A stretch of 64,000 nt of DNA, taken from Candidatus Woesearchaeota archaeon (GTDB lineage: Archaea; Nanobdellota; Nanobdellia; Woesearchaeales; JABGXB01). Location of the stretch: the NCBI GenBank assembly GCA_018675975.1, contig JABGXB010000003.1, forward strand, positions 203,821 to 267,820, given 5' to 3'. Both the position numbers and the translations under genes were made by a program. Positions 46,316-55,457 of the stretch are shown one piece after another (positions within the stretch are counted from its first letter, which is position 1; every line of letters begins with the position of its first letter). The notes under the pieces are model-generated. The model did no database searches, had not been told where the DNA came from, and saw nothing but the letters and a program-made list of their open reading frames with translations.

Positions 46316-47980
46316 ATGTTTATAAAAAAAGAATGTTACCACTTTTTAATTACGATGAAATTAAAAGATAAAATATTAGAATATAGCACAAGAGCTTCAA
46401 AATTTTTAAATAGTTCAAAAAAAGCATTAGTTTTAACACTAGGACTTTTAGCTAATAATTCAAATACATTTTCAATTTATCACCCAGAAGGACCTAGAGA
46501 ATCATATGTAAAAAATTTTAGCATTGAAAATATCAAAGATATGCGAGAACAATATGAAAAAATTAGACAAAAAATAAAAAATTCTGAAAATAAATATGAC
46601 TTTGAAAATGTTATCACAAATACATATGATAAAATAAAAAATCAAAATATTGATCCAAGACAAGCTTTAGAACAAACATTAGAAGAATTTGAAAGTGATG
46701 AATTAATTGGAAATAGTTTAACAGGATTTCGAAAAAAACAAAGTTTATTTTTTAAAGATGGTTTCAAAGTAAATGATTATTTAAAAGTTGTTGAAACAGC
46801 ATATAAATTAATTCCAGTTTTTGCAGAATCATTAGAATTATATTTAGATGATTTAAATAAACAAGATCAAGATAATTCAAATGTAAAAGTTTCAGAAAAT
46901 CACATAAATGAATTTTACAATGGAATTATGAATTCATTATATTCTTCATTTGGAACAAAAGAAGATAATATGTTTGGAAGCAATACATATAATTTTGTAA
47001 CAGGTCATGTAAAAGATTTTTACAAAGAACCAGTATTTAAATTTTCAAATTTAAAATTTGAAGACATTGAAGAAAAGTCAGATAAATCTGGTGAAAGTTT
47101 TCTTATGGCTCATATAATTCAAGAATTAACTGACATAGTTTATGGAGAATCAATTAAACTTGTTTATGAAAATGAAAAAGATAAATTAAAAGAATTAGCA
47201 AATCGACAAAAAGATTATGGTTTTAAAGAATTAAGTTCAATATTACCAAAAGAAGAAGTTATTCAATTCGTAAAAATAACTCCAGTTCAAAGTAGTCAAT
47301 CAGTTAAAGTTAGTCCAGTAAATACACAAGTTCAAGAAGATGTAAGTTATTTATTAGGAAATCCACAAAACCCAGTTAATCAATTTATTCCACAATCAAA
47401 TTCAAATGCTTTAATATTAACAGAATTAAAAGAAATCAAAGACACTGTTAAAACTTTAGAATATACAACAATTCAAAATCAAGATATGATTCAAAATAAT
47501 TTAAAACTAATTAATCAAAATCAAGGTGCAATGATATTAAGTGGAGAACTTACTGCAGAAAATACAAGGGGAATTCAAACAGTTCAAGCAGCAGCAGTAG
47601 TGAGTGGAGAAGTTATTGCAGAAAATACAAGAGGGCTTGAAACAGTTCAAGGAGTAGTTATTCAAAGCGGTCAAAGGCCTAAAAAAACCAAACCTAAAAC
47701 ACATATACCAATTGAAGTTCCACCAAAAAGAAAATCAAGAAGAAATTCAAGAAGAAATACATGTATATATCCAGAAAAATTTATTAATCATCCAAAAAAA
47801 AAACAAATTTTAGAAATTATGAAAGATGACTATAATTTGGGTAATAAAAGAGGAGATATTTTAAGAAAAGATTTTCAATTTCCAGATGGTTATTTAGATG
47901 CATATAAAATGATTTGTGACAAACCAAAACCTAGTTTAGTTCAAGCCAAATCATTTCTTTATAATTTATCAAAAAAATAA
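46316..47980 (+). CDS. Hypothetical secreted protein with an internal ~21-aa duplicated motif and a basic C-terminal region
   Basis: Signal-like segment KKALVLTLGLLANNSNT, the repeat SGELTAENTRGIQTVQ / SGEVIAENTRGLETVQ, and a K/R-rich segment PKKTKPKTHIPIEVPPKRKSRRNSRRN. Confidence 0.45.
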   Translation: MFIKKECYHFLITMKLKDKILEYSTRASKFLNSSKKALVLTLGLLANNSNTFSIYHPEGPRESYVKNFSIENIKDMREQYEKIRQKIKNSENKYDFENVITNTYDKIKNQNIDPRQALEQTLEEFESDELIGNSLTGFRKKQSLFFKDGFKVNDYLKVVETAYKLIPVFAESLELYLDDLNKQDQDNSNVKVSENHINEFYNGIMNSLYSSFGTKEDNMFGSNTYNFVTGHVKDFYKEPVFKFSNLKFEDIEEKSDKSGESFLMAHIIQELTDIVYGESIKLVYENEKDKLKELANRQKDYGFKELSSILPKEEVIQFVKITPVQSSQSVKVSPVNTQVQEDVSYLLGNPQNPVNQFIPQSNSNALILTELKEIKDTVKTLEYTTIQNQDMIQNNLKLINQNQGAMILSGELTAENTRGIQTVQAAAVVSGEVIAENTRGLETVQGVVIQSGQRPKKTKPKTHIPIEVPPKRKSRRNSRRNTCIYPEKFINHPKKKQILEIMKDDYNLGNKRGDILRKDFQFPDGYLDAYKMICDKPKPSLVQAKSFLYNLSKK

Positions 47981-47989
47981 AAATGAAAA

Positions 47990-49558
47990 ATGTTAAAATA
48001 TATTATTCCACTAATAGCGACGGCAAATATACATTTTTCTTATGCTAATTTTTTTAAACCAATTCAAAATTATAAAGAACAAAGAGTAAATTATTCTGAC
48101 CCTAGTTTTAAACATACAAGTTTTAATTATCAAAATATTCTAAATTATTTGAAAAACTCAAAATCAAAATTATCAAGAACATTTAAACAAAATAAACAAC
48201 AATTAAAACAAATATATTTAGATAAATTATTTGATCAAGATGGAAATTTAGAAAATCGATTTAATAATAATAATCCAGAATTTGAATTTAATCAATTTAG
48301 AAAAGAAATTCCAACATTAATTTTTTTAAATGAATTTAATGACTTTAATCAATTAACTAGAACTATTAATAATAGACAATTATTAAGAAATAAATTAATT
48401 CAAGCCTATGAGCAATTTGAAGATAAATTAAAACAAGCAGAACAAACATATACATCACCTAGAGCAATGAATGTATATGAAACAAGATTACAAAATGCTT
48501 TAGAAGTATTAGCAGCTACAAAAACATATTCTGAAGCAAATCAAAATCAAATAAGAAGTTTAATTAAAATTAATTCAGGAGATCAAAATGATTTTGATAA
48601 ATTAAGTTTTATTATACAGTATGGAATTAAACCATTAGGTCATAGATTAGCAAAGTTTAATGATTTACAATTAACAAGATTAATGTTATATATACCAGGA
48701 TTACAAATTGCTGAAAGTGGTTTAGAAACTGATAACAATAATAGAGTTATTAATAGAGTTGACAATGATGGAGGTATTGGTGGATTAAGCGTTTATCAAA
48801 CACCTAATATCGCGAGATTTGGTTATGATAGAACAACTCAAGAATTTGCAACAGAAGTATTATCAGATAAAAAAATAAATGGAAAAACCTACAGAAAAAT
48901 AATTGAATCATTTAAACAAGGTAAAACAGCATTTGTACCTATTTCTCAAGTAGTTAACGGTGGAAGAGATTTAGCAACCTTAGAACAAAAATTATTAATG
49001 GGTGAAATTCAAACGGAAAATAAATCACATTTTTTTTCTGCAAAATCATTTTATCAAAATATAAAAGACAAATCAATTTTTAAAAAAGCAAAAAAGAAAT
49101 TTGAAGAATTAGTTAAAGATAAATACAGATTCAAAGGTCTTGAACAATTATTAAATAGAGATTTAAAATCATTAGCAGATAGTCGAAGATTAGAACATGA
49201 ACAAGAAAATCCAACGGCCTCAGCAAATATAAGTACTTTTATTACAACAGATTCAATTATAAGAGAAAGTAAAATTAATGATAATCCATTAAATATTTAT
49301 TTATCATGGAATTTAGGAGTATCAAGCGCAGAAAGATTAAATGCTTATGTAAATGCATTTAAACATTATGTTAAAGGAAAAATATCTAAACAGCAATTAA
49401 AAAAAAAATATGATCGAGTTAATGGAGTAAAACAAATAAAAATAATTGGAAATCCTAAGTCTAGAGTTAATAGCGTAATCCGAAATTATGGCTTAAGATT
49501 ATTTCATTTAATGGATACTTATATTTATAATTTAAAAATAAGAAAAAATAAAAATTAA
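47990..49558 (+). CDS. Hypothetical secreted protein (522 aa)
   Basis: N-terminal signal peptide MLKYIIPLIATANIHFSYA. Polar N/K/Q-rich sequence with no enzymatic motif. Confidence 0.45.
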   Translation: MLKYIIPLIATANIHFSYANFFKPIQNYKEQRVNYSDPSFKHTSFNYQNILNYLKNSKSKLSRTFKQNKQQLKQIYLDKLFDQDGNLENRFNNNNPEFEFNQFRKEIPTLIFLNEFNDFNQLTRTINNRQLLRNKLIQAYEQFEDKLKQAEQTYTSPRAMNVYETRLQNALEVLAATKTYSEANQNQIRSLIKINSGDQNDFDKLSFIIQYGIKPLGHRLAKFNDLQLTRLMLYIPGLQIAESGLETDNNNRVINRVDNDGGIGGLSVYQTPNIARFGYDRTTQEFATEVLSDKKINGKTYRKIIESFKQGKTAFVPISQVVNGGRDLATLEQKLLMGEIQTENKSHFFSAKSFYQNIKDKSIFKKAKKKFEELVKDKYRFKGLEQLLNRDLKSLADSRRLEHEQENPTASANISTFITTDSIIRESKINDNPLNIYLSWNLGVSSAERLNAYVNAFKHYVKGKISKQQLKKKYDRVNGVKQIKIIGNPKSRVNSVIRNYGLRLFHLMDTYIYNLKIRKNKN

Positions 49559-49812
49559 TTAAAAACTACTTTCTTAGATACTGCTTGACCAGGCATTCCT
49601 TTTTCAAAATGAACTAAAACTTTTCCACTATTACCATGAGGTCTTTTTACAATACCTGTGATTTCCTTACCACTTTCAGTTTTATATACTACTTTTTTAT
49701 CAATTAATTCACTAGCTTTTTCTCTATTTTCATAACCAGAAACTAAAACTACCATTTGATTTCCAGTATAAGAATGTTTTGCTCGTCTATATGATACAAT
49801 TATTCCTTCCAT
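49555..49812 (-). CDS. rpl35ae: Ribosomal protein L35Ae
   Basis: 85 aa. The pattern MEGIIVSYRRAKHSYTGNQMVV...RPHGNSGKVLVHFEKGMPGQA matches eL33/L35Ae. Confidence 0.8.
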   Translation of the reverse strand: MEGIIVSYRRAKHSYTGNQMVVLVSGYENREKASELIDKKVVYKTESGKEITGIVKRPHGNSGKVLVHFEKGMPGQAVSKKVVFN

Positions 49813-49820
49813 TTTAACAC

Positions 49821-50396
49821 CTAATTATTTGCTTTTCGGCCTTTAGCACGATTTGAAGGTCTTGCTTTTTCAGCTCCACTTCCTTTATTTCTCAAACCAC
49901 GAGATTTTTTACCAGCACTAGTAAGTCCACGAAATGCCCTACCTTGATGATTTAAAATCCAATTAATTTTTTTATCATTTTTAATTGCAGGATGAGCTAC
50001 GTCTACCATAATAATTTCATACCATGCAGTCTTACCATCATCATCAACTAAATATGAATTTAAAACTTCTAAATTTTTAAATTTTTTATTTGCTCTTTCT
50101 TCAGCAACTTGTCTATAACTTTTTGCAACAATTTGAAATTTTCTTCCTTTTTTAGTAGAACGTCCACCTTTAATATCAGGTCTTGAATGTCCACCTTTTT
50201 TAACCGCCTGTCTTACAAGAATATAACCTTCTTTAGCTTTATAACCTAAAGATCTAGCTCTATGTAATTTAGTAGGTTTAGAAATTTTTACTGTAACATT
50301 TTCACGTCTAAAAGCAATCAATCTATCTTTTGCAATTTTAATTGCATCGCCTTCAGGTTTATTAAATATTTTTCTTAAGTATTTGTACATACCCAT
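49821..50396 (-). CDS. rpl15e: Ribosomal protein L15e
   Basis: N-terminus MGMYKYLRKIFNKPEG, RARSLGYKAKEGYILVR and a basic C-terminal tail, typical eL15. Confidence 0.85.
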   Translation of the reverse strand: MGMYKYLRKIFNKPEGDAIKIAKDRLIAFRRENVTVKISKPTKLHRARSLGYKAKEGYILVRQAVKKGGHSRPDIKGGRSTKKGRKFQIVAKSYRQVAEERANKKFKNLEVLNSYLVDDDGKTAWYEIIMVDVAHPAIKNDKKINWILNHQGRAFRGLTSAGKKSRGLRNKGSGAEKARPSNRAKGRKANN

Positions 50397-50509
50397 TTTA
50401 AGCCTCCATTATGTTTAATTTCTATTAACGATTCAGATAAGCTAAAATCCACATCTCATTAATATAGTGAAGATTTTTAGGGTATTTATAAACTTGTTGT
50501 CATTTATAA

Positions 50510-50785
50510 TTAAATTAGTAAATAATATTGCTTTATACTTCTACTAACCCAAAAACAAAATATTGCTAAAATAACACCAGTAAACCAATCAAGAGCAGAA
50601 AAAGGTATAGCAATCAATAATAAAACTCCTAATAAATTAAATGCACTAGACTTAATTTTAGCCATTTTCTTTTTTAATTCATATTTTTTTTCAACTTCTT
50701 CTTTAACTTTATTATATAATTCTTTAGAAATTTTTAATTCATCTTTTTTTTTAATTGTTGATTTTTTAATAATTTTTTTTACCAT
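50510..50785 (-). CDS. Small hypothetical membrane protein
   Basis: 91 aa with an N-terminal K/E-rich helix and 2 C-terminal TM helices. Confidence 0.35.
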   Translation of the reverse strand: MVKKIIKKSTIKKKDELKISKELYNKVKEEVEKKYELKKKMAKIKSSAFNLLGVLLLIAIPFSALDWFTGVILAIFCFWVSRSIKQYYLLI

Positions 50786-50825
50786 ACAATTAATTAAATA
50801 AAATCAGTTTAAAATATTTTTGTAT

Positions 50826-52289
50826 TTACTTATAGTATTTAGAATTAAAAAGCAATTGTTCATTTGCAGGACCAGTACCGATTCCAGCAACTGGAATTCC
50901 AACATATTCTTCAACAAAATCTACAAACTCACGGGCTTGTTTCGGTAAATTATCCCAAAATTTACAATCAGTAATATCAGAACTAAATGTATCTAAATAT
51001 TCAAAAACAGGTTCAACAGCCCTAATTTTTTTATTTGTTATTGGTAATTGATCAGTTACATCATCCCCAATTCTATAATGTGTAATAACAGGAATTTTAT
51101 TTTTTTTAGTATGAGAAAATAATTGTAAACAATCAATTTTATTAATAAATAATTGAGTTGTTCCAGATATTTTAGCCATTGTTTTTAATCTTACTAAATC
51201 TAAATAACCAATAGCTCTTGGACGACCAGTTGTAACACCATATTCACCAGTTAAGATTCTAATACCTCTACCAATTAAAGCTTCATCATTTGATTCTAAT
51301 AATTGATAAGGATTAACACCATTTTTATCTAAATCACCAGTATAACCTTTAGTTTTACGATACATTTCTTCAGCAATAATACCACCCATTTCACCTACAA
51401 AAGGACCATTACCAACTCTCGAATCAATTGCTTTTACTATACCAATAATTCCTTTACAATTATGAAAATTTAAATTTGCACCAGCTGGAGCAGTTGAAGA
51501 AATTGTTCTACTACTAGTAACATTTGGCATTAAACCATAATGATTATCTAAACATGCACCATTTGAATTAATTATTAATACATTTTTACCTGAATCAACT
51601 TGATTTTGAAAATATAACATATCATCAAAAACATATTGCGAAATAAATTTTACTGCCTCATCAAATTCTTCAATTTTATCGTCAACTTCATGTTTTTTTA
51701 AATGAGTATTATTCATAATTAAAAATTCACTTAATGTTCCTTTTATTTGTTTCATACAAAAATCTTTATCACCCATATATTCACTTATTGAAATTGATAA
51801 TTGATATGTACCATCAGTTCTTAATGCACGTTTAGAATAAGCAGGACCAATACCTTTACCAGTTGTTCCGATTTTCCCACCACTTTTTGCATCTAAAAAT
51901 AATTCTAAAGGAGTTATTAAAGGACAACCACCATAAATATTTAATCTTCCCTCTAAAGAAACACCAATTTGTTTTAAATTTAAAATTTCCTCTGTTAATC
52001 CAATAGGTTCAACAACACAACCAGAACCAATTCCAAATTGTAAATGTTTATATTCAAGACCAGGAGGAAGTTGATGTATTTCACATTTTTTTCCATCAAT
52101 ATAATATGTTCCACCTGCATTTGCACCACCATTACATTTAAATGTAATATCAAACTGTGGATAAGGATTATTTTTTAATAATTGCATTTCAAATAAACTT
52201 TTAGAATTCATTATACCATAAGATTCTTTTATTTTTCCTTCATCTCCAAAACTCATTCCAGAAATAATTACAAAACCACCTGCTTCCAT
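50826..52289 (-). CDS. purA: Adenylosuccinate synthetase-like protein (divergent PurA)
   Basis: GDEGKIK (P-loop GDEGKGK), GGANAGGT (corresponds to GGHNAGHT with both His replaced), IGTTGKGIGPAY, GVTTGRPRAIGYLD, KIDCL. There is a ~15-aa insertion after the P-loop. Confidence 0.7.
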   Translation of the reverse strand: MEAGGFVIISGMSFGDEGKIKESYGIMNSKSLFEMQLLKNNPYPQFDITFKCNGGANAGGTYYIDGKKCEIHQLPPGLEYKHLQFGIGSGCVVEPIGLTEEILNLKQIGVSLEGRLNIYGGCPLITPLELFLDAKSGGKIGTTGKGIGPAYSKRALRTDGTYQLSISISEYMGDKDFCMKQIKGTLSEFLIMNNTHLKKHEVDDKIEEFDEAVKFISQYVFDDMLYFQNQVDSGKNVLIINSNGACLDNHYGLMPNVTSSRTISSTAPAGANLNFHNCKGIIGIVKAIDSRVGNGPFVGEMGGIIAEEMYRKTKGYTGDLDKNGVNPYQLLESNDEALIGRGIRILTGEYGVTTGRPRAIGYLDLVRLKTMAKISGTTQLFINKIDCLQLFSHTKKNKIPVITHYRIGDDVTDQLPITNKKIRAVEPVFEYLDTFSSDITDCKFWDNLPKQAREFVDFVEEYVGIPVAGIGTGPANEQLLFNSKYYK

Positions 52290-52373
52290 AGATTAAAAAA
52301 ATTCAGAACCTAATTTAAAAATTAATATGCAACTAAAAAATATAAATAACTCTTTACAAAAAACATTTTTATA

Positions 52374-52931
52374 TTATTTATTCATTAATTCATCTAATGG
52401 TATGTAAATATCATATATTTCAGGATAAACATTTTTTTTTTGAAATTTAATACCCCGTATTATATCTTCAACTCGTTTAATACCATTTTCTCCTCTTAAA
52501 TTATTAAATAATAAATGATCTAAATCCGAATCCGGGTTTTGTGATGATCTCCATATATCACTTTTTACTAAAAAATGAATACCTGGAACATCTTTTTCAT
52601 TTCCATCAAAATCTAGAGTTTTAAAAATACTATCCTTATATATAACTAAATGTCCTTTAAATAAATTTTCTTCAACAGGTTTTTGACCAACATAACACAT
52701 TGGTTCATTGAGATTAATTTTTAATATATTTGCCCTATATCGACTTGCATTTGCAATAATATTATATGGGCCTATAGTTTTTGAAACTTTATATAATCCA
52801 TTGTTCTCTAAAATTTCAGTTTCACCATAATGCACTCTAAATAAAGACGAACCTTTAGAAAGTGGTTTTCTTAATTGTGCAATTCGTGGATCCAATAAAA
52901 GTACGGAATTTTTATATTCACTCTCTTCCAT
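52374..52931 (-). CDS. Hypothetical protein (185 aa)
   Basis: No recognisable motif. I considered dCTP deaminase/dUTPase-like and tRNA splicing endonuclease and dropped both for lack of signature residues. Confidence 0.4.
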   Translation of the reverse strand: MEESEYKNSVLLLDPRIAQLRKPLSKGSSLFRVHYGETEILENNGLYKVSKTIGPYNIIANASRYRANILKINLNEPMCYVGQKPVEENLFKGHLVIYKDSIFKTLDFDGNEKDVPGIHFLVKSDIWRSSQNPDSDLDHLLFNNLRGENGIKRVEDIIRGIKFQKKNVYPEIYDIYIPLDELMNK

Positions 52932-53030
52932 AAGGTAAAATAAATAATTTCGATTATAAATATTTATATATTAAATTATACATTAATCATAATAATCTTA
53001 TTTAAAAAATAAAAAGTATTTTAAAAAACA

Positions 53031-53489
53031 ATGGAAACGTATGGTTTATTTGAAGTTGTTAAAAGAAGTGGAAAACCTAATTTAAAAACCAGTTTGGAAG
53101 AAAATGAAGAAGCAATATCGAGAATTGGTCGTTCCAAATGTATTTACACAATGTATTCTAGTATTCCAATTATTACTGCACTTGAAAATATTAAAATTAT
53201 TTTAAATAGAGAAAAACCAAATATATCATCCATAGACGATGAATATAAAATTTTATTTCAAAGTAGAGAACTTTTAGGAATGAGAGATAATACAATATCT
53301 TTTACATTATTTAATCGAGAAAGAGATTATCAAAATATTCCTAAAAAAAATAAACCAAAAAATAATACTGTAATAGAATTAAAATCAGATTATCCTCATA
53401 TTTTAACTACATATTTAGGTTTATTTTTATATCTTCATGATTTTGAAAAATATAAATTAGTTCACCATAAACTAATAGAAAAGAATTAA
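53031..53489 (+). CDS. Hypothetical protein (152 aa)
   Basis: No motif. Its last 29 nt (53461-53489) form the left copy of a direct repeat. Confidence 0.4.
   Translation: METYGLFEVVKRSGKPNLKTSLEENEEAISRIGRSKCIYTMYSSIPIITALENIKIILNREKPNISSIDDEYKILFQSRELLGMRDNTISFTLFNRERDYQNIPKKNKPKNNTVIELKSDYPHILTTYLGLFLYLHDFEKYKLVHHKLIEKN
53461..53489. repeat. Direct repeat, left copy (ttcaccataaactaatagaaaagaattaa)
   Basis: Matches 55429-55457 at 28/29 positions, and the preceding 4-6 nt are also similar. Together the copies bracket a ~1.9 kb segment. Confidence 0.7.
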
Positions 53490-53524
53490 CTTATTTTATA
53501 TACTAGTACTTTGATTATTATAAT

Positions 53525-53974
53525 ATGATTAAATTAAAATTATTTAAACAATCAAATGGATATTGTGGACCTGCTTGTCTAAAAATGATTTTATCTTTTT
53601 ATGAAATAAATAAATCAGAAAAATATTTAGCAAAAATAACAAAAACAAGTAGAATTAAAGGATGTAAAGAAAAAAATATTATTAAAGCTGCAAAAGAATT
53701 TGGATTAAAAGGTTATATTAAACAAAATTCTTCTATTCATGAATTAAAACAATTAATTAAAAAAAAAAATCCTGTGATTATTAATTGGTTTTCACCTGAA
53801 GAAGCTGGACATTATTCTGTAGTGATTGGTTTTAAAAATGATAAAATATTTTTAGCAGATCCACATTTTGGAAAAATAAAAAAACATAAAATCGAATGGT
53901 TTGAACAAAGGTGGTTTGATTTACCATTTCATCCAAAAGGTCCTGTTTTAAAAGAAATTATTGTATTAAAATGA
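53525..53974 (+). CDS. Peptidase C39-like (papain-fold, bacteriocin-processing-type) stand-alone domain protein
   Basis: Catalytic Cys context NGYCGPACLKMIL and His context GHYSVVIGF are spaced as in C39/C39-like domains. Length 149 aa. Confidence 0.55.
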   Translation: MIKLKLFKQSNGYCGPACLKMILSFYEINKSEKYLAKITKTSRIKGCKEKNIIKAAKEFGLKGYIKQNSSIHELKQLIKKKNPVIINWFSPEEAGHYSVVIGFKNDKIFLADPHFGKIKKHKIEWFEQRWFDLPFHPKGPVLKEIIVLK

Positions 53975-54436
53975 TTCTTTAAAATCTACTAAAATTTTTA
54001 CTGATGTATGAGCTTTTAAAAATTCAGTTAATTTGGATTCATTTTTATATAATAAAGTAGAATTTTTTAATCTTTTGTAACCTCTTTGAGAAACATCATC
54101 ACATTGATTTGTAACTTTATCCACTTCAAATTTTTTATAAATTTTATTCATAGCAGATTCAAAAGTAATAATGTGTATACCATATTCTTTTTTAAGAAAA
54201 TCAGCTTTGCATATTATATGTGGACTAATTTGAGCAAAGCTCCCAGTATGTAAATAAGTTTCAATACAACTTCCTAATTCAACTATAACATCCTTTGTAA
54301 ATCTTGGTTCAAATTCATCTAACATCAAATCAATTGTACTAAATACTTCAGGAAACATAGAATTAACTTTAGCATGAGTTAAATCTTGCTTAGCTAATAG
54401 TCCTTTCAAATGTATAACATAATCAGTCTTATTCAT
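53966..54436 (-). CDS. Hypothetical protein (156 aa)
   Basis: No motif. It lies inside the repeat-bounded islet. Confidence 0.4.
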   Translation of the reverse strand: MNKTDYVIHLKGLLAKQDLTHAKVNSMFPEVFSTIDLMLDEFEPRFTKDVIVELGSCIETYLHTGSFAQISPHIICKADFLKKEYGIHIITFESAMNKIYKKFEVDKVTNQCDDVSQRGYKRLKNSTLLYKNESKLTEFLKAHTSVKILVDFKESF

Positions 54437-54487
54437 TACAATACGTGAAATTTGAAATTTATAAAGCTTTACATGGTGGGAAAAATT

Positions 54488-54715
54488 AAAATCTATCCCA
54501 ATAATTAATATAAAGATTTTCTAATTCCCACGAATCAGGAAAACTATCAAAAGTTTTTACATCTATTAAACTTTTGTAAAGTGATAATATATTATATTTC
54601 ATATTAAATCAAAAAATAATTTAAAAGAATTAATTACAAAGATTGTCTATAATTTTCTTTTTGTTCTTCTGGAAACGTATATGCTGGATGATGTAAATAT
54701 ACAATGGTAATTTAA
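54488..54715 (-). pseudogene. Rearranged partial second copy of the UDG-like gene 55458..56093 (5' end plus promoter joined to the 3' end)
   Basis: 54488-54626 matches 55980-56116 with about 6 mismatches and includes the start codon and 38 codons (MKYNILSLYKSLIDVKTFDSFPDSWELENLYINYWDRF, then a stop). 54631-54715 matches 55454-55538 with about 4 mismatches. The order is circularly permuted relative to the intact gene. The junction contains agaattaa, which is the end of the direct repeat. Confidence 0.6.
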
Positions 54716-54911
54716 AAACAGAGCTTCCTGGAAATCTTCAAAATAAAAAATAATTTTTAAAAATATTTTGAAAGATAATTAAATTTAATATTGATAAAAT
54801 ATTAAAAATAGAAAATGCAATTATTATTAGAATAATAAAAATTATTAGTTTTTAGCCTAGGTAATAGAAACATTTATATAGTAAGTAAGATTTATCTTAC
54901 TTATATTTAAA

Positions 54912-55178
54912 ATGGATATAAGCATAACTAAAATGAGTTCAAAAGGTCAAATTGTAATTCCTGTTGAAATGAGAAGAAATATTAAAGAAGGAGAGAAACT
55001 AATTATAATTCAAAATAAAGATCAAATAATTATGAAAAAAGCGAGTTCATTAGATCAAACTTTTAATGAAGAATTAGAATTTGCTAAAAGAACAGAAGAA
55101 GCAGTCAAAAGAATTGAAAGTAATAAAGGAATTAAAATGGAATTTGATGATTTTATTAATGAAATGAAAAAGTGGTAA
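54912..55178 (+). CDS. AbrB/SpoVT/MazE-family antitoxin
   Basis: MSSKGQIVIPVEMRRNIKEGEKLIIIQ is the swapped-hairpin SpoVT/AbrB signature. 88 aa. The stop overlaps the next gene's start. Confidence 0.65.
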   Translation: MDISITKMSSKGQIVIPVEMRRNIKEGEKLIIIQNKDQIIMKKASSLDQTFNEELEFAKRTEEAVKRIESNKGIKMEFDDFINEMKKW

Positions 55179-55414
55179 AGGTAATATTTGATCAAAATTT
55201 TAAAAAATATTTTAAAAAAATAAAAAATAGTTCCATCAAAGAAAAAATTATTAAACAGATTTCAAAAATTAAAGATAATCCTGAAATTGGTAAACCTATG
55301 AAATATTCAAGAAAAGGAACTAGAGAATTGTATATTAAACCTTACAGAATTTCATATAAAGTTGAAAAAAACACAATTTTTATTTTTGATTTATATCACA
55401 AAGATGATCAATAA
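55172..55414 (+). CDS. RelE/ParE-superfamily toxin (type II toxin-antitoxin)
   Basis: 80 aa, basic, with the pattern KIKDNPEIGKPMKYSRKGTRELYIKPYRISYKVEKNTIFIFDLYHKDDQ typical of RelE/YoeB/ParE toxins. Overlaps the antitoxin by 7 nt. Confidence 0.6.
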   Translation: MVKVIFDQNFKKYFKKIKNSSIKEKIIKQISKIKDNPEIGKPMKYSRKGTRELYIKPYRISYKVEKNTIFIFDLYHKDDQ

Positions 55415-55428
55415 ATTGTATATTTTAA

Positions 55429-55457
55429 TTCACCATAAACTAATAGAAAAAAATTAA
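55429..55457. repeat. Direct repeat, right copy (ttcaccataaactaatagaaaaaaattaa)
   Basis: 28/29 identical to 53461-53489. Lies immediately upstream of the stop of the UDG-like gene. Confidence 0.7.

Noticed and set aside
52374-52931. Assignment of the 185-aa protein as dCTP deaminase/dUTPase or tRNA-splicing endonuclease
   Set aside because: It lacks the diagnostic motifs of those families when compared by eye (no dUTPase motif III-like G-x-R-S, no EndA Tyr-His-Lys triad context), so I left it as hypothetical.
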